Positions 48,409 to 58,128 of a DNA stretch of 64,000 nt are shown here, one piece after another. The position numbers and the translations under genes were made by a program. The stretch's first letter is position 1; each line of letters starts with the position of its first letter. The DNA is from Candidatus Iainarchaeum sp. (GTDB lineage: Archaea > Iainarchaeota > Iainarchaeia > Iainarchaeales > VGJJ01), in contig JACQJG010000018.1 in NCBI GenBank assembly GCA_016198125.1, positions 2,843 through 66,842 of the forward strand, in the 5' to 3' direction. The notes below the pieces were generated by a model. That model was not told where the DNA came from. It did not search any database and saw nothing but the letters and a program-made list of their open reading frames with translations.

Positions 48409-48474
48409 TGTTCGATATATGTATATATCCCGTCACTTAACAAAAAATAAGCAGCAATTCTGTGGGGGTTGTGA

Positions 48475-49122
48475 ATGAAAGGAAAGCCAAAACCATTGCG
48501 AAAGGCCTTTGCGCGGTTGAGGAATCAACTGGTGCGCGCCACTCGCATGCCCATGCACCCGCGCCTTGTCGTGCGGGAAAAAGTCCCGGTCAGATTCGGT
48601 GTTGAGACTACCCTTGGCCAGTCAGAATTCAAGATGAAGGGAAACAAGCCCAGGAGCCGGGTTTACTTGAAAAAAGGGCTTTCGCACGAAAAAGGAAAAC
48701 AGGTGATGGTCCATGAATTGGGGCATCTTGTTCCAGATCATTCACTTAAGAAGGATTCAGGGGGAGCCACAGTCTTTTTTTCGGTGTGGGCTGAAATGGA
48801 ATATGCCAAACGCCACCAGCGGCCACGCTTTTTTGATTTTGTGATTGGAAACCCCTCTGCGCATATAGAGGCTGACGTGCTTATTTCCCTGCTATTTGAG
48901 CATTTTCCTACCGCCAAATCGCGGAATAAAGTCATGCGCGCCCTTTTGCGCGAACACAAGCCCCAATCGATATTTGATGTTTACCATTTTCTTTGGACGA
49001 AAGGCCTTCGCTTTGGAGGAATAGACGCCCAATCTCCGCTTACCATCGGAAAATTCGTTGAGGTTTACGAGAAACTTTCTCGCATCCGGTCTGAGCAATG
49101 GCATGGCCGGGGATTGCTATGA
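48475..49122 (+). CDS. Hypothetical protein with HExxH zincin motif and basic leader
   Basis: VMVHELGH. Confidence 0.6.
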   Translation: MKGKPKPLRKAFARLRNQLVRATRMPMHPRLVVREKVPVRFGVETTLGQSEFKMKGNKPRSRVYLKKGLSHEKGKQVMVHELGHLVPDHSLKKDSGGATVFFSVWAEMEYAKRHQRPRFFDFVIGNPSAHIEADVLISLLFEHFPTAKSRNKVMRALLREHKPQSIFDVYHFLWTKGLRFGGIDAQSPLTIGKFVEVYEKLSRIRSEQWHGRGLL

Positions 49123-49130
49123 AACCCTTT

Positions 49131-49550
49131 TCATCTCAACGGGTTCACTGCTTTGATTCCCGGGATTCGTTCAAAGTCCTTTGTGTTTTCCGTGTAAATG
49201 GTTTGGATTCCATTTCGTTGGGCAGTCATGCTTAACAAAGTGTCATAAAAATCGTGCTCTTTTTCAACATTCAGGTATACGGCCTTTTGTACATCTGACA
49301 CTGTATCTATTATTATTTCTTGAAATAGGTGTGCGAATAAGAAAACATATTCATTGATTTCTGAGATTGGAAGTATTGATTTTTTGTGCATTACATTGGC
49401 AAATTCTCGTATGTTTTGAAGTGCGATAGTAAAAAAATAAGGATTTTCTTGGGCTAATTTCATAAGTTTTCGTGATTTTTCATGCTTTTCAACTTCCTTG
49501 GCGCTGGCATAGTATACGAGTATGTTGGTGTCTATGAGTGCTTTTTCCAT
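49131..49550 (-). CDS. vapC: PIN-domain toxin VapC
   Basis: IDTNILVY, EF, FYD, TEN.KDF motifs. Confidence 0.9.
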   Translation of the reverse strand: MEKALIDTNILVYYASAKEVEKHEKSRKLMKLAQENPYFFTIALQNIREFANVMHKKSILPISEINEYVFLFAHLFQEIIIDTVSDVQKAVYLNVEKEHDFYDTLLSMTAQRNGIQTIYTENTKDFERIPGIKAVNPLR

Positions 49551-49563
49551 TCAATCCCTCCAG

Positions 49564-49869
49564 TTATTCAGAATTTGAATCGTTGACCTGTTTCATGAGC
49601 CGCTCAAAACGTTTACCTGTATAAGCGTCTTCCCGTTTGAATGTTCCAATCCCCAAGTCCTGATGCCTGTCTGACAGTTCCCATGCCCGCTTCCATGCCA
49701 TTCTTCGTTTTGCTTCTTTTGCAAGCAAATCCAATGCCTCTTCCACAGTCTCTGATAGCGCGCCTTTTTTCCCGCCTTTGAGTTCCTTGGCGAGGCGCCT
49801 GAGCTTTTGCTCGGTTTCAGTCTTCAATGAAAGCAAAATTTGACCCATGCAATACATATGGTTGTCCAT
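49564..49869 (-). CDS. Antitoxin (RHH-like)
   Basis: KGALSETVEEAL; directly upstream of vapC. Confidence 0.75.
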   Translation of the reverse strand: MDNHMYCMGQILLSLKTETEQKLRRLAKELKGGKKGALSETVEEALDLLAKEAKRRMAWKRAWELSDRHQDLGIGTFKREDAYTGKRFERLMKQVNDSNSE

Positions 49870-49916
49870 ATATATATCTTTTGGGGCTGAAAGTGCCAGT
49901 GAAAAGCAAGGGGGAT

Positions 49917-51233
49917 TTAAATGAATTTTTTTTCTCGTAGTATTTTTTCCAGCGTTTCCTTTCCTTTTTCTTTCAACTCGTATTGCACGTGCAGAACAGG
50001 TTTGTTTGTTTTGAGTACAAAGTTTAAGTCAATGGGCGTGCCTGTGACAACGTAGTCGCATGGCGTGGCGTTGATGGTTTGCTCGAGTTCGCGTATTTGC
50101 TGTTTTGAATACCCCATGGCTGGCAACACGTGTTCCAGGTGCGGGTATTTTTCAAATGTTTCCTTGATGCTTCCCACTGCATGTGTTTTTGGGTTCACAA
50201 TGTGCGCGCCTTCTTGTAGTGCGAGTTTGTATCCTGCCCCAAAACCCATGCCCCCGTGTGTTACGGTGGGCCCGTCTTCAACCACGAGCACTTTTTTTCC
50301 GCGCAAGTCTCTTACAGGTTTTAGGGAAAGCATGGAATCCGCATGCACAAGGAGTGCGCGCGGGTTCAGTTTTTTTGCGTTTTCTTCAACCGTTTTTATT
50401 TCTTGGAGGGTGGCACTGTTTTCCTTGTTGATTATTATGACATCGGCCATGCGGAAATTGGTTTCCCCGGGGTGGTAAAGCAATTCATGCCCTGCGCGCA
50501 AAGGGTCTGCCACTACAAAAAGCAGGTCCGGTTGGTAGAAGGGGTAATCGTTGTTGCCTCCGTCCCATAGAATAACGTTTGATTCTTTTTCTGCTTGGCG
50601 GAGTATTTTTTCGTAGTCCACTCCCGCGTATACAAGTATTCCTTGGCGTATGGGTTCCTCGTATTCTTCTCTTTCTTCAATGGTGGTTTTGTACGTGATG
50701 AGGTCTTCCAGTTTTGAGAAGCGTTCCACTTCCTGTTCTTCCAGGTTTCCATAGGGCATGGGGTGCCGTATGAGTGCCACGCGTTTTCCGTGTCTTTGCA
50801 GGATTTCGGCTATTTTTCGCGTGGTTTGGCTTTTTCCTGCTCCGGTACGTACTGCGCACACGGCAATGACTTTCTTTTTGGATTTTATCATAGTGGCTTG
50901 CGGGCCTAACAGGCGGAAATTGGCTCCGCTTGCAAGCGTCCTGGACGCAAGGTGCATGACTTGCTCGTGGCTTACATCCGAGTAAGAGAACACCACGTCA
51001 TCTGCGTGGAATTTTTTTATGAGTTTTTCAAGGGCTTCTTCCGGGTAGATGGGGATTCCTTTTTTGTACTGTTTTCCGGCGAGGCGTGCAGGGTACCTGC
51101 GCCGTTCAATGCCTGGTATTTGGGTGGCGGTAAAGCATGCTACCTTGTAATAGGGGTTGTTTCGGAAGTACGTGTTGAAGTTGTGGAAGTCTCTTCCCGC
51201 GGCGCCTACAATGATAACAATGCGTGGTTTCAT
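49917..51233 (-). CDS. COG2403 P-loop protein, likely arginine synthetase ArcE (cDPG synthetase-related)
   Basis: GAAGRDFHNFN, FTATQIP, AVRTGAGKSQ, RHPMPYG, EEREEYE, WDGGNND, EDGPT.THG. Confidence 0.85.
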   Translation of the reverse strand: MKPRIVIIVGAAGRDFHNFNTYFRNNPYYKVACFTATQIPGIERRRYPARLAGKQYKKGIPIYPEEALEKLIKKFHADDVVFSYSDVSHEQVMHLASRTLASGANFRLLGPQATMIKSKKKVIAVCAVRTGAGKSQTTRKIAEILQRHGKRVALIRHPMPYGNLEEQEVERFSKLEDLITYKTTIEEREEYEEPIRQGILVYAGVDYEKILRQAEKESNVILWDGGNNDYPFYQPDLLFVVADPLRAGHELLYHPGETNFRMADVIIINKENSATLQEIKTVEENAKKLNPRALLVHADSMLSLKPVRDLRGKKVLVVEDGPTVTHGGMGFGAGYKLALQEGAHIVNPKTHAVGSIKETFEKYPHLEHVLPAMGYSKQQIRELEQTINATPCDYVVTGTPIDLNFVLKTNKPVLHVQYELKEKGKETLEKILREKKFI

Positions 51234-51814
51234 GGGTTTCTCCTTGGGGGTTGTTTGCGCAGGGTTTCGATGAGCTTCTCCACTTTGCTGTGCTGTCTTT
51301 CATGTTGTTTGATTCTTTTTTCCACGTGGCGCAGCATGGCTTTTCTTAAGTGGTTGAACGTGTGCACAAAAACGTGTGTAAGCGGCTTTCCCAGTGTGTA
51401 AACCAGTTCGTCTGTCAAATCTTTCTGGGCTTTTTCAATGAGGCTTCTCGCAAGCAAGCGGTCTTCCAAGGCATCAAATTCCTGGAGTATTTCCATGGCG
51501 CGTTTTCTTTTGCGCAAAGGCAAAAGGACAACGCGGGATGCGCGTTCAGCCGCAGTCCAAAGGATTTTTTCGTCTATTCTGGTTAAGATGCGGTTCAAGT
51601 TGTTTTTGAGTCTTTGTCTTTCTGCAGGGCTCAATTCTTTTTGGGCCGCGGCTTCAGCCGTGGAGTGATAAACGTTCAAATCTTCTTCCACCAAGCGGTC
51701 CATTTGTGCGTTGGACGGTCTTTTTGCTGATACCAGTGCCCTTTTTGTTCGCAGGGAAAAAAGCATGGCGCGTTTTTTTGCATGCTTGATTTTTCGGTAA
51801 AGGGGCACGCGCAT
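51230..51814 (-). CDS. Hypothetical helical protein with basic leader
   Basis: MRVPLYRKIKHAKKR start at 51814. Confidence 0.6.
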   Translation of the reverse strand: MRVPLYRKIKHAKKRAMLFSLRTKRALVSAKRPSNAQMDRLVEEDLNVYHSTAEAAAQKELSPAERQRLKNNLNRILTRIDEKILWTAAERASRVVLLPLRKRKRAMEILQEFDALEDRLLARSLIEKAQKDLTDELVYTLGKPLTHVFVHTFNHLRKAMLRHVEKRIKQHERQHSKVEKLIETLRKQPPRRNP

Positions 51815-51815
51815 A

Positions 51816-53210
51816 TTAGTACTCCAGGAATTTTTCTTTTCCGTCCAGGTAGTGGGTGAAAAAGGGCTGGAAGGCCTTGCTTTTTTTGTACAGTCTTTGG
51901 AGCGCGGGTTCATCAAGTATTCTTGCGTGTTGGAGGGCTTTTTTCATTTCCGGTTTCTCGGTTGCTTTGAGCGCGGGCAGGTAGTGTTCCATGAACGTGC
52001 GTGCGTGGGTGTGAGCCCGTGGGGTTTCAATGACCCACCGCCCTTCTTCGATGCGCGGTCCCCCAAGGGGTTTTTTGTGGGCGTTTAAAAAGCGTTGGGT
52101 GCTTGCAGGGTCTGTTACAAAGGGGCCTTTGCGAATGCGGGTTTTTTCCAGTTCAAGGCTTTCAAGTTCAAATAAAAGGACAATCATTTTTTTTTCGTCA
52201 GTCCATTCTGCGTTGCGCACCGGCCTGAAATCGTTTTGTTCAAGGGCCGTGCGTATTTTTTTTCCCATGCGCCTGGTTTGCCCCCATACAATGTCGGGCA
52301 GTACATTTTTCGGGTATTGCAATTGCAGGGCAATGAGTTCTTTTGTGTTAAGGGCGTTTTGCACGCGTCGTAGAGGCCATGGTTTTTCTTTTTTTCCGAA
52401 GAAGAATGCCTTGCTTGGTTTTTTCATGAATGCGTGCGCTGCGGCAATCATGCGGCAGTACTGGTTGAATGACAATGCCGCTGCCACGTTTCTATTGGCA
52501 TCGGTGGGGTCTACAATGACAAGGGGTGCGTTGAATTTTTTTAAGGCTTCTCCCGGATTCTTGTAGTGGTTTTTAATGTCAATGCATTCCTGCATGCGCC
52601 ACGCGCGCATGCCCTCTAACAATGCGTTAAAGCTTCCATAGTGGATGATGAGCAGTTCCGTGGCATACCCTGGGAGTGAGTTGAATTTGGTGTCAGCCCC
52701 GTACGCGTTTATTCCTTTCAGGAATTGCTTGAATAACCGTACTTCATCGCATTTTTTTGAATTTAACGCGCCCAAGAGGTATTGCACGTGCAAGGGGCTG
52801 CGGTCCACGGCTGATTTTAACTCGTTCGCGTTTTCAACGTGGTAGCTTGGAACGATTTCCACTTCATACCCTTGAATGATTCCCCGCACATAGGGGTGTT
52901 CAGAGTACGCGATTTCGTATTTATTCTTTGCAAATATTTTTTTTCCAAGTTGGAGGCCCTCTTTTTCAAATGCGCTCCGTTCCAGGTTTTTAGGATACAA
53001 TACGAACAGGTCGATGTCCCGGTCGTTTTTGAGGTGGGTGTTGCGTGCCAGGCTTCCTGCAAGCACAGTATGAATGTGGGGTCCTTTGGTTTTGCGTATT
53101 TGGTCCAAGAGGGCGTTTGCAAACGCCAATTCGCTTTCCACTTCTCTTTCCGAGGGTTTTATTTTTTCAAGGACTTGCACGTAAAGGTCTTGTAATTTTG
53201 CATGCGGCAT
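51816..53210 (-). CDS. cca: CCA-adding enzyme (archaeal class I)
   Basis: GSLARNT.L..DRDIDLF, EHPY, AVDRSP.H, DP.D.NRNVAAA. Confidence 0.95.
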   Translation of the reverse strand: MPHAKLQDLYVQVLEKIKPSEREVESELAFANALLDQIRKTKGPHIHTVLAGSLARNTHLKNDRDIDLFVLYPKNLERSAFEKEGLQLGKKIFAKNKYEIAYSEHPYVRGIIQGYEVEIVPSYHVENANELKSAVDRSPLHVQYLLGALNSKKCDEVRLFKQFLKGINAYGADTKFNSLPGYATELLIIHYGSFNALLEGMRAWRMQECIDIKNHYKNPGEALKKFNAPLVIVDPTDANRNVAAALSFNQYCRMIAAAHAFMKKPSKAFFFGKKEKPWPLRRVQNALNTKELIALQLQYPKNVLPDIVWGQTRRMGKKIRTALEQNDFRPVRNAEWTDEKKMIVLLFELESLELEKTRIRKGPFVTDPASTQRFLNAHKKPLGGPRIEEGRWVIETPRAHTHARTFMEHYLPALKATEKPEMKKALQHARILDEPALQRLYKKSKAFQPFFTHYLDGKEKFLEY

Positions 53211-53272
53211 GGAAAAATCCTATGCATTAACATAACACATAAATATATTGTTATTGTAATGGCACGTGGGCG

Positions 53273-54862
53273 TTGGCATTGGTTGAATTTGATTTTAATC
53301 GCAAGGGTCCAAAGTTGGAAGCGTATGGGAATGTTTCTGTTTTCAAGGGCATTCCGCATAACTTTTATGAGATATCGTTTCCGGTTTGGGAGGATAACGA
53401 GAAGCGTTTGGGGGAATTGCTGGTTAAAGTCCTGTTGGGCAGAATGTCGTTGGTTGAATTTGGGCGTTCTCTTCCCCCCGGGGTTTCCGCGTCTTTTTCG
53501 GCTTTGATAGGGGGGCGCTTGGTTGGAGTCTTGGAGGCCCAGAATGGGGTGAACAGGATTCCTTCTCCGGAAGAATTTGAGTTATTTAAGCACGTTCTGA
53601 GCGATTTGATTAAAGCCCATGCGCCTTTTGTGCGGGACCCTGAAAAGTTTTCCGTTTTTGTGCTGGATTTTTCTTTGGGGTATGGACTGCTTGGAGAGCT
53701 TATGCGCGATGACGCGTTGGAAGAGATCATGGTGAACGGGTTTGAAAAGAACGTTTTTATCTATCATAAACGCCACGGGTTTTGCGTGTGCAATGCCATG
53801 TTCAGGAAAGCCGATCATGAATTGTTGAACCTTGTGAATCGCATTGCTTTTACCGCGGGCAGGCAATTTGGTCCTGACGAAGCCTTGTTGGACGCGCGCA
53901 TGCCGGATGGGAGCAGGGCCAATGCGACTTTTAATACAGTATCTCCTTTTGGGCATTCGTTGACCATTCGGAAATTCAACAAAGACTTTGTTTCAATTGT
54001 GGAAATGGTGCAGGGAAAAATGTTGTCTGCAGAGCTTGGCGCGTTTTTGTGGCTGATGGTGGAAGGCCTCCAGGTGGAGCCTATGAACATTATCATTGCA
54101 GGGGGCAGTGGTTCCGGTAAGACAACGCTTTTGAATGCCTTGGCTTCGTTTGTGCGTTACACGGAACGCATTGTTTCCATCGAAGATACACTGGAATTGC
54201 AGTTGGGCTTGCATGGGAACTGGGTGCAATTGGAAGCCCGGCCTGCAATTGGCGGGAACGGGAAAGGCGTTTCAATGGATGACTTGTTGAAGAACTCTTT
54301 GCGCATGCGTCCTGACAGGATTGTGGTGGGGGAAGTGCGGGGTCCTGAAGCCCAAACCCTTTTCATTGCCATGGATACTGGGCATAAAGGGTGCGCGGGG
54401 ACATTGCATGCGAATACTGCAAGGGAAATGATGATTCGCCTTACCTCAGAGCCCATGAATGTCCCGGAGCCTTTATTGCCCTTGTTGGATATCGTGGTAG
54501 TGCTTTCACGGTTTTACTCGCATGATCAGGGGGTCATTCGGCGTGTGCAACAGGTTGCCGAGGTAACGCGCATGGCGGATAAAGTGTTGTTGAGCAACTT
54601 GTTTGAACGCGATTCGGCCAAGGATGAATTGCGTAAGACAGACACCCCTTCCCACGTCATTCAGGTGTTGTCTGACCGTACGGGTAAATCCAAAAAGGAA
54701 TTGGCAAAAGAACTTTTGGTTCGCCAGCGCATTTTGGAGTGGATGTTGGACCAGAAGATCTTTGCGCCGCTGGAGTGCGAGAAGATCGTTCAAGAATATT
54801 ATGTAAATCCCACTGCGCTGCTGGAACAAATTTCAAGGGACTTGGGTTTTAACCTGGGTTAA
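53273..54862 (+). CDS. Type IV pilus/secretion ATPase (CpaF/VirB11 family)
   Basis: EEIMVNG, GGSGSGKTT, IEDT.EL, LRMRPDRIVVGEVRG, TGH..TLHA. Confidence 0.92.
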   Translation: MALVEFDFNRKGPKLEAYGNVSVFKGIPHNFYEISFPVWEDNEKRLGELLVKVLLGRMSLVEFGRSLPPGVSASFSALIGGRLVGVLEAQNGVNRIPSPEEFELFKHVLSDLIKAHAPFVRDPEKFSVFVLDFSLGYGLLGELMRDDALEEIMVNGFEKNVFIYHKRHGFCVCNAMFRKADHELLNLVNRIAFTAGRQFGPDEALLDARMPDGSRANATFNTVSPFGHSLTIRKFNKDFVSIVEMVQGKMLSAELGAFLWLMVEGLQVEPMNIIIAGGSGSGKTTLLNALASFVRYTERIVSIEDTLELQLGLHGNWVQLEARPAIGGNGKGVSMDDLLKNSLRMRPDRIVVGEVRGPEAQTLFIAMDTGHKGCAGTLHANTAREMMIRLTSEPMNVPEPLLPLLDIVVVLSRFYSHDQGVIRRVQQVAEVTRMADKVLLSNLFERDSAKDELRKTDTPSHVIQVLSDRTGKSKKELAKELLVRQRILEWMLDQKIFAPLECEKIVQEYYVNPTALLEQISRDLGFNLG

Positions 54863-55428
54863 CATTCTGCAGGCAGTTCTTTGAATGGAATGAACGTGCA
54901 TTCCGCGTACGTGGACCCGGTAGGGGTGAGGGTGGATTCCATGAGGTTTATTCCTTTGGCTTGAAAGGCCTGATTGAATTCTTTTTCAGAGAGGCGTTCT
55001 ACGGTTTCTTTGAATGCCTTTTGGGCAAGGTGCCTGTTGCGTGCAAGGGTGAGGTGCGCGTGGAATTTCTTAACACGCAGGTTGAGTGCACGGCATGTGT
55101 TTTCGTGGAGGGCATGAAGTTCTTCTGTTCCTTGGCTTACGCCCATCCAGATTACGCGTGTGGAGAAAGCGCCCATGCCCTGAAGGGTAATGTTAAACGC
55201 CTGCGTTTCGCGTAAAACCTGCAGTTTTTTTATGATTCCAGGTACCTTTTTTCTTGGGATTTTTCCAAGGAATGCCAGGGTAATGTGGAATTGGCCTTTT
55301 TGAGGCCGCTTGAGGGCGAAGGGATCAAGTAAGGGCCCATACGTGTGTTCAATGCCCGCTTGTATGAGGGGCGGAGGGGTTATGGCAAGGAATGTGCGCA
55401 ACGTGTTTTGCTGGGTTAAAGGGGGCAT
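54859..55428 (-). CDS. thpR: RNA 2',3'-cyclic phosphodiesterase (2H family)
   Basis: RTFLAI, HITL.FLG and HLTLAR motifs. Confidence 0.9.
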   Translation of the reverse strand: MPPLTQQNTLRTFLAITPPPLIQAGIEHTYGPLLDPFALKRPQKGQFHITLAFLGKIPRKKVPGIIKKLQVLRETQAFNITLQGMGAFSTRVIWMGVSQGTEELHALHENTCRALNLRVKKFHAHLTLARNRHLAQKAFKETVERLSEKEFNQAFQAKGINLMESTLTPTGSTYAECTFIPFKELPAEC

Positions 55429-55503
55429 GAAAGAGGGTTGGGCCACCACCTCTTTTTAATCTTCTCGTGCAAGATTATATTGTTTTTTTGGGGTGAGTGT
55501 TTT

Positions 55504-56313
55504 TTGGTCGCAGGAAGGCTTTTCCTTGTTGTTGCGTGCATAGGCCTGTTTTTTTCCGGGTTTGCTTTTGCAGATATTTTTATGGTCAACCCAGTGAGTC
55601 AGCGCGTGGTTTCTGGAACAGAATTGGACGTGGGGGCTATTCAGCCAGGCCAGGAATTGGAATTGATTATCTCAAAGGACAGTTTTTATGGCAAGGCTTC
55701 CGGTTGGATTCAGGCGTTTGTGGTTCCAGAGAGTTTGCCCGCAGGTTGGGTGAAAAAGGATTCAGAGTTGCGTGGGGAAACCCTGATCGTGCGCGTTCTG
55801 CCTCCTTTGAATGCGCCTGAACAGGTATACGTGTTTGACGTTCGGGTTCTTAGCAGTTCGCCGGGGGTAGGAGATGAAAGGGTGCGCGTTTCTTTGGGCG
55901 TTCGCAGGGACTTGTTGAAGGCGGTAATGCCTGAACTCAAAAAGTCCACGTCCGTAGATGCCCCTGCGCAGTTTCCCTTGAACATTATCAACAATTCTGT
56001 TTCCCGTGAGCGCGTGTTCATTTCTTCCAATATTCCCCGTTCCTGGTTTAAGCCCTTGGAGGCTGAATTGGAATCCAATTCGCTGCGCGAACTTGAATTG
56101 GAAGTTTCTCCCAAAGTGCATGGGGTAAAGGACTTTGTTTTTACCGTTCAGCCTGCGTCCAATCCATCGGTTTCCCATGTTTTTAATGCAACGGTGGAGG
56201 TGCACCCGACCCTTAAGAACAAGTATTCTACTTCGTTGTATGCCTTTCCGTTTTACACCATTTCCATTCTTCCCTATTACCTGGTGAACTCTTTTTTGAG
56301 CCTCCTGTTGTGA
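55504..56313 (+). CDS. Secreted/membrane-anchored surface protein
   Basis: Signal peptide ending AFA, Ig-like beta segments, hydrophobic C-terminus. Confidence 0.7.
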   Translation: MVAGRLFLVVACIGLFFSGFAFADIFMVNPVSQRVVSGTELDVGAIQPGQELELIISKDSFYGKASGWIQAFVVPESLPAGWVKKDSELRGETLIVRVLPPLNAPEQVYVFDVRVLSSSPGVGDERVRVSLGVRRDLLKAVMPELKKSTSVDAPAQFPLNIINNSVSRERVFISSNIPRSWFKPLEAELESNSLRELELEVSPKVHGVKDFVFTVQPASNPSVSHVFNATVEVHPTLKNKYSTSLYAFPFYTISILPYYLVNSFLSLLL

Positions 56314-56320
56314 GGTTTTC

Positions 56321-58066
56321 ATGATGACGTTTTCGGAGAAGCGCTTGGCGCGTTTTTCGCAGGAAATCGCGCGCCTTATTCAGTCCAGGGAAATAAGAAC
56401 GGCTTCTGAGTTGAACGTGGCCAAGCTGCGCGTGGCCAGGCATACACAGGTTTTGGATTTGCCCACAAACCCGGATATTCTTTCCATGCTTGAAAACCCT
56501 TCGCCGCAGGTAAAGGCATTTCTTTCAATAAAACCGGTGCGCACTTTGAGCGGGGTGTCTCCTCTTGCCATCATGGGTGCGCCCATTGCGTGTGCCCATG
56601 GCAAGTGCACGTTTTGCCCGGGAGGCCCTGGAAGCGTTTTTGGGGACGTGCCTCAGAGTTACACTGGAAACGAGCCGGCTTCCATGCGTGCTGTACGCAA
56701 TGACTTTGACCCGTACCTTCAAACGTTCAATCGTTTGGCCCAGTACATTGTTTTGGGGCATTGCCCTGAAAAAGTGGAATTCATTTTCATGGGCGGCACG
56801 TTTCCCTCGTTTCCAGGAGAATATCGCTGCTCATTTGCAGGATTTGCATTCAAGGCCTTGAACGATTTTTCGGATGCATTTTTTTTCAACAATGAATTAA
56901 ACTGGCGTTCGTTTAACGAGTTTTTTGAATTTCCCCACCCGTTTGGAGAAAAGCCATTCCAGGAGCGCGTGCGCGCACGCATTCTTGCCTTGAAGGGTTT
57001 TGATTCCCCTTCCCTTGAACGCGAGCACGCACGCAACGAGTCTTCCATTATCCGCGGGGTTGGGTTGTGCATTGAAACAAAGCCTGACTGGTGCTTGCAG
57101 GCCCAGGTCAATGACATGCTTTTTTTGGGATGTACACGGATTGAGTTGGGCGTGCAGTGCCTGGATGATGAAATCCTGCGCAAAACCAATCGCGGGCACT
57201 CATTGGAGCAATCCATTGAAGCCACTCAACTGGCAAAAGACGCATTTCTAAAAGTGGGGTATCACATGATGCCCGGCCTTCCAGGTTCATCGTTGGAATC
57301 GGATATGAAAATGTTTGAAGAACTGTTTTCCAACCCTTCATTCAAGCCGGATGCGCTTAAAATTTACCCGTGCACGGTTGTGAAAGGCACGCCGCTGTAT
57401 GAACAATGGGTTCAAGGGGCGTTTACTCCTATTTCAGTGGAGGACGCTGTGCGTGTAATTGTACATGCAAAAAAGTTCATTCCTGAGTGGTGCCGTATTC
57501 ACCGTATTCAAAGGGACATTCCTTCCCCCCTTATTTCTGCAGGCGTGAACCGCACGAACCTGCGGCAATACGTGGAAGCAGCCCTGCGCGCGCAACGCAT
57601 GGAGTGCCGTTGCCTGCGCTGCCGGGAAGCCGGGTTGGCCGCAAAATCCAATCCCGTTGAAATTCTTTCAGGGGATCTGGAACTGCGTGTACGCTATTAC
57701 TCTGCAAGCAAGGGCTTGGAAGCATTCATTTCATTGGAGGATTCTTTGAATGACGTGGTGCTGGGTTTTTGCAGGGTGCGCCTGCCTTTCCAATGCGTGC
57801 GCCCTGAGATAACGCCTCGTTCAGCGGGCGTGCGCGAACTTCATACGTTTGGCCGCGCGCTTTCAATTGACGGTGTTTCCGAGAAAAGGTCTTTTCAGCA
57901 CAAGGGCGTTGGAAAGATGCTTATGGCCGAGGCTGAGCGTTTGGCCAAAGAGGAATGGGATTGCAGGAAGCTCGTTGTCATCAGCGGCGTGGGAGTGAGG
58001 CCCTATTACATTCAAAAACTGGGTTATTCCAGGGATGGCGTGTACGTGTCCAAGCGCCTTGAGTAA
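56321..58066 (+). CDS. elp3: tRNA uridine(34) acetyltransferase Elp3
   Basis: CAHGKCTFC radical SAM, QSYTG.EP, RELH, QHKGVG GNAT. Confidence 0.95.
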   Translation: MMTFSEKRLARFSQEIARLIQSREIRTASELNVAKLRVARHTQVLDLPTNPDILSMLENPSPQVKAFLSIKPVRTLSGVSPLAIMGAPIACAHGKCTFCPGGPGSVFGDVPQSYTGNEPASMRAVRNDFDPYLQTFNRLAQYIVLGHCPEKVEFIFMGGTFPSFPGEYRCSFAGFAFKALNDFSDAFFFNNELNWRSFNEFFEFPHPFGEKPFQERVRARILALKGFDSPSLEREHARNESSIIRGVGLCIETKPDWCLQAQVNDMLFLGCTRIELGVQCLDDEILRKTNRGHSLEQSIEATQLAKDAFLKVGYHMMPGLPGSSLESDMKMFEELFSNPSFKPDALKIYPCTVVKGTPLYEQWVQGAFTPISVEDAVRVIVHAKKFIPEWCRIHRIQRDIPSPLISAGVNRTNLRQYVEAALRAQRMECRCLRCREAGLAAKSNPVEILSGDLELRVRYYSASKGLEAFISLEDSLNDVVLGFCRVRLPFQCVRPEITPRSAGVRELHTFGRALSIDGVSEKRSFQHKGVGKMLMAEAERLAKEEWDCRKLVVISGVGVRPYYIQKLGYSRDGVYVSKRLE

Positions 58067-58128
58067 GCCTGACGGCACAGGGGCACGTTGCTTAATATTA
58101 TATAGTAGAGTTGTGCAATGGCTTAGAC

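Noticed and set aside
53273-56313. Complete pilus/secretion operon
   Set aside because: Only the ATPase is recognisable; no TadB/C platform or clear class III signal-peptide pilins are adjacent.
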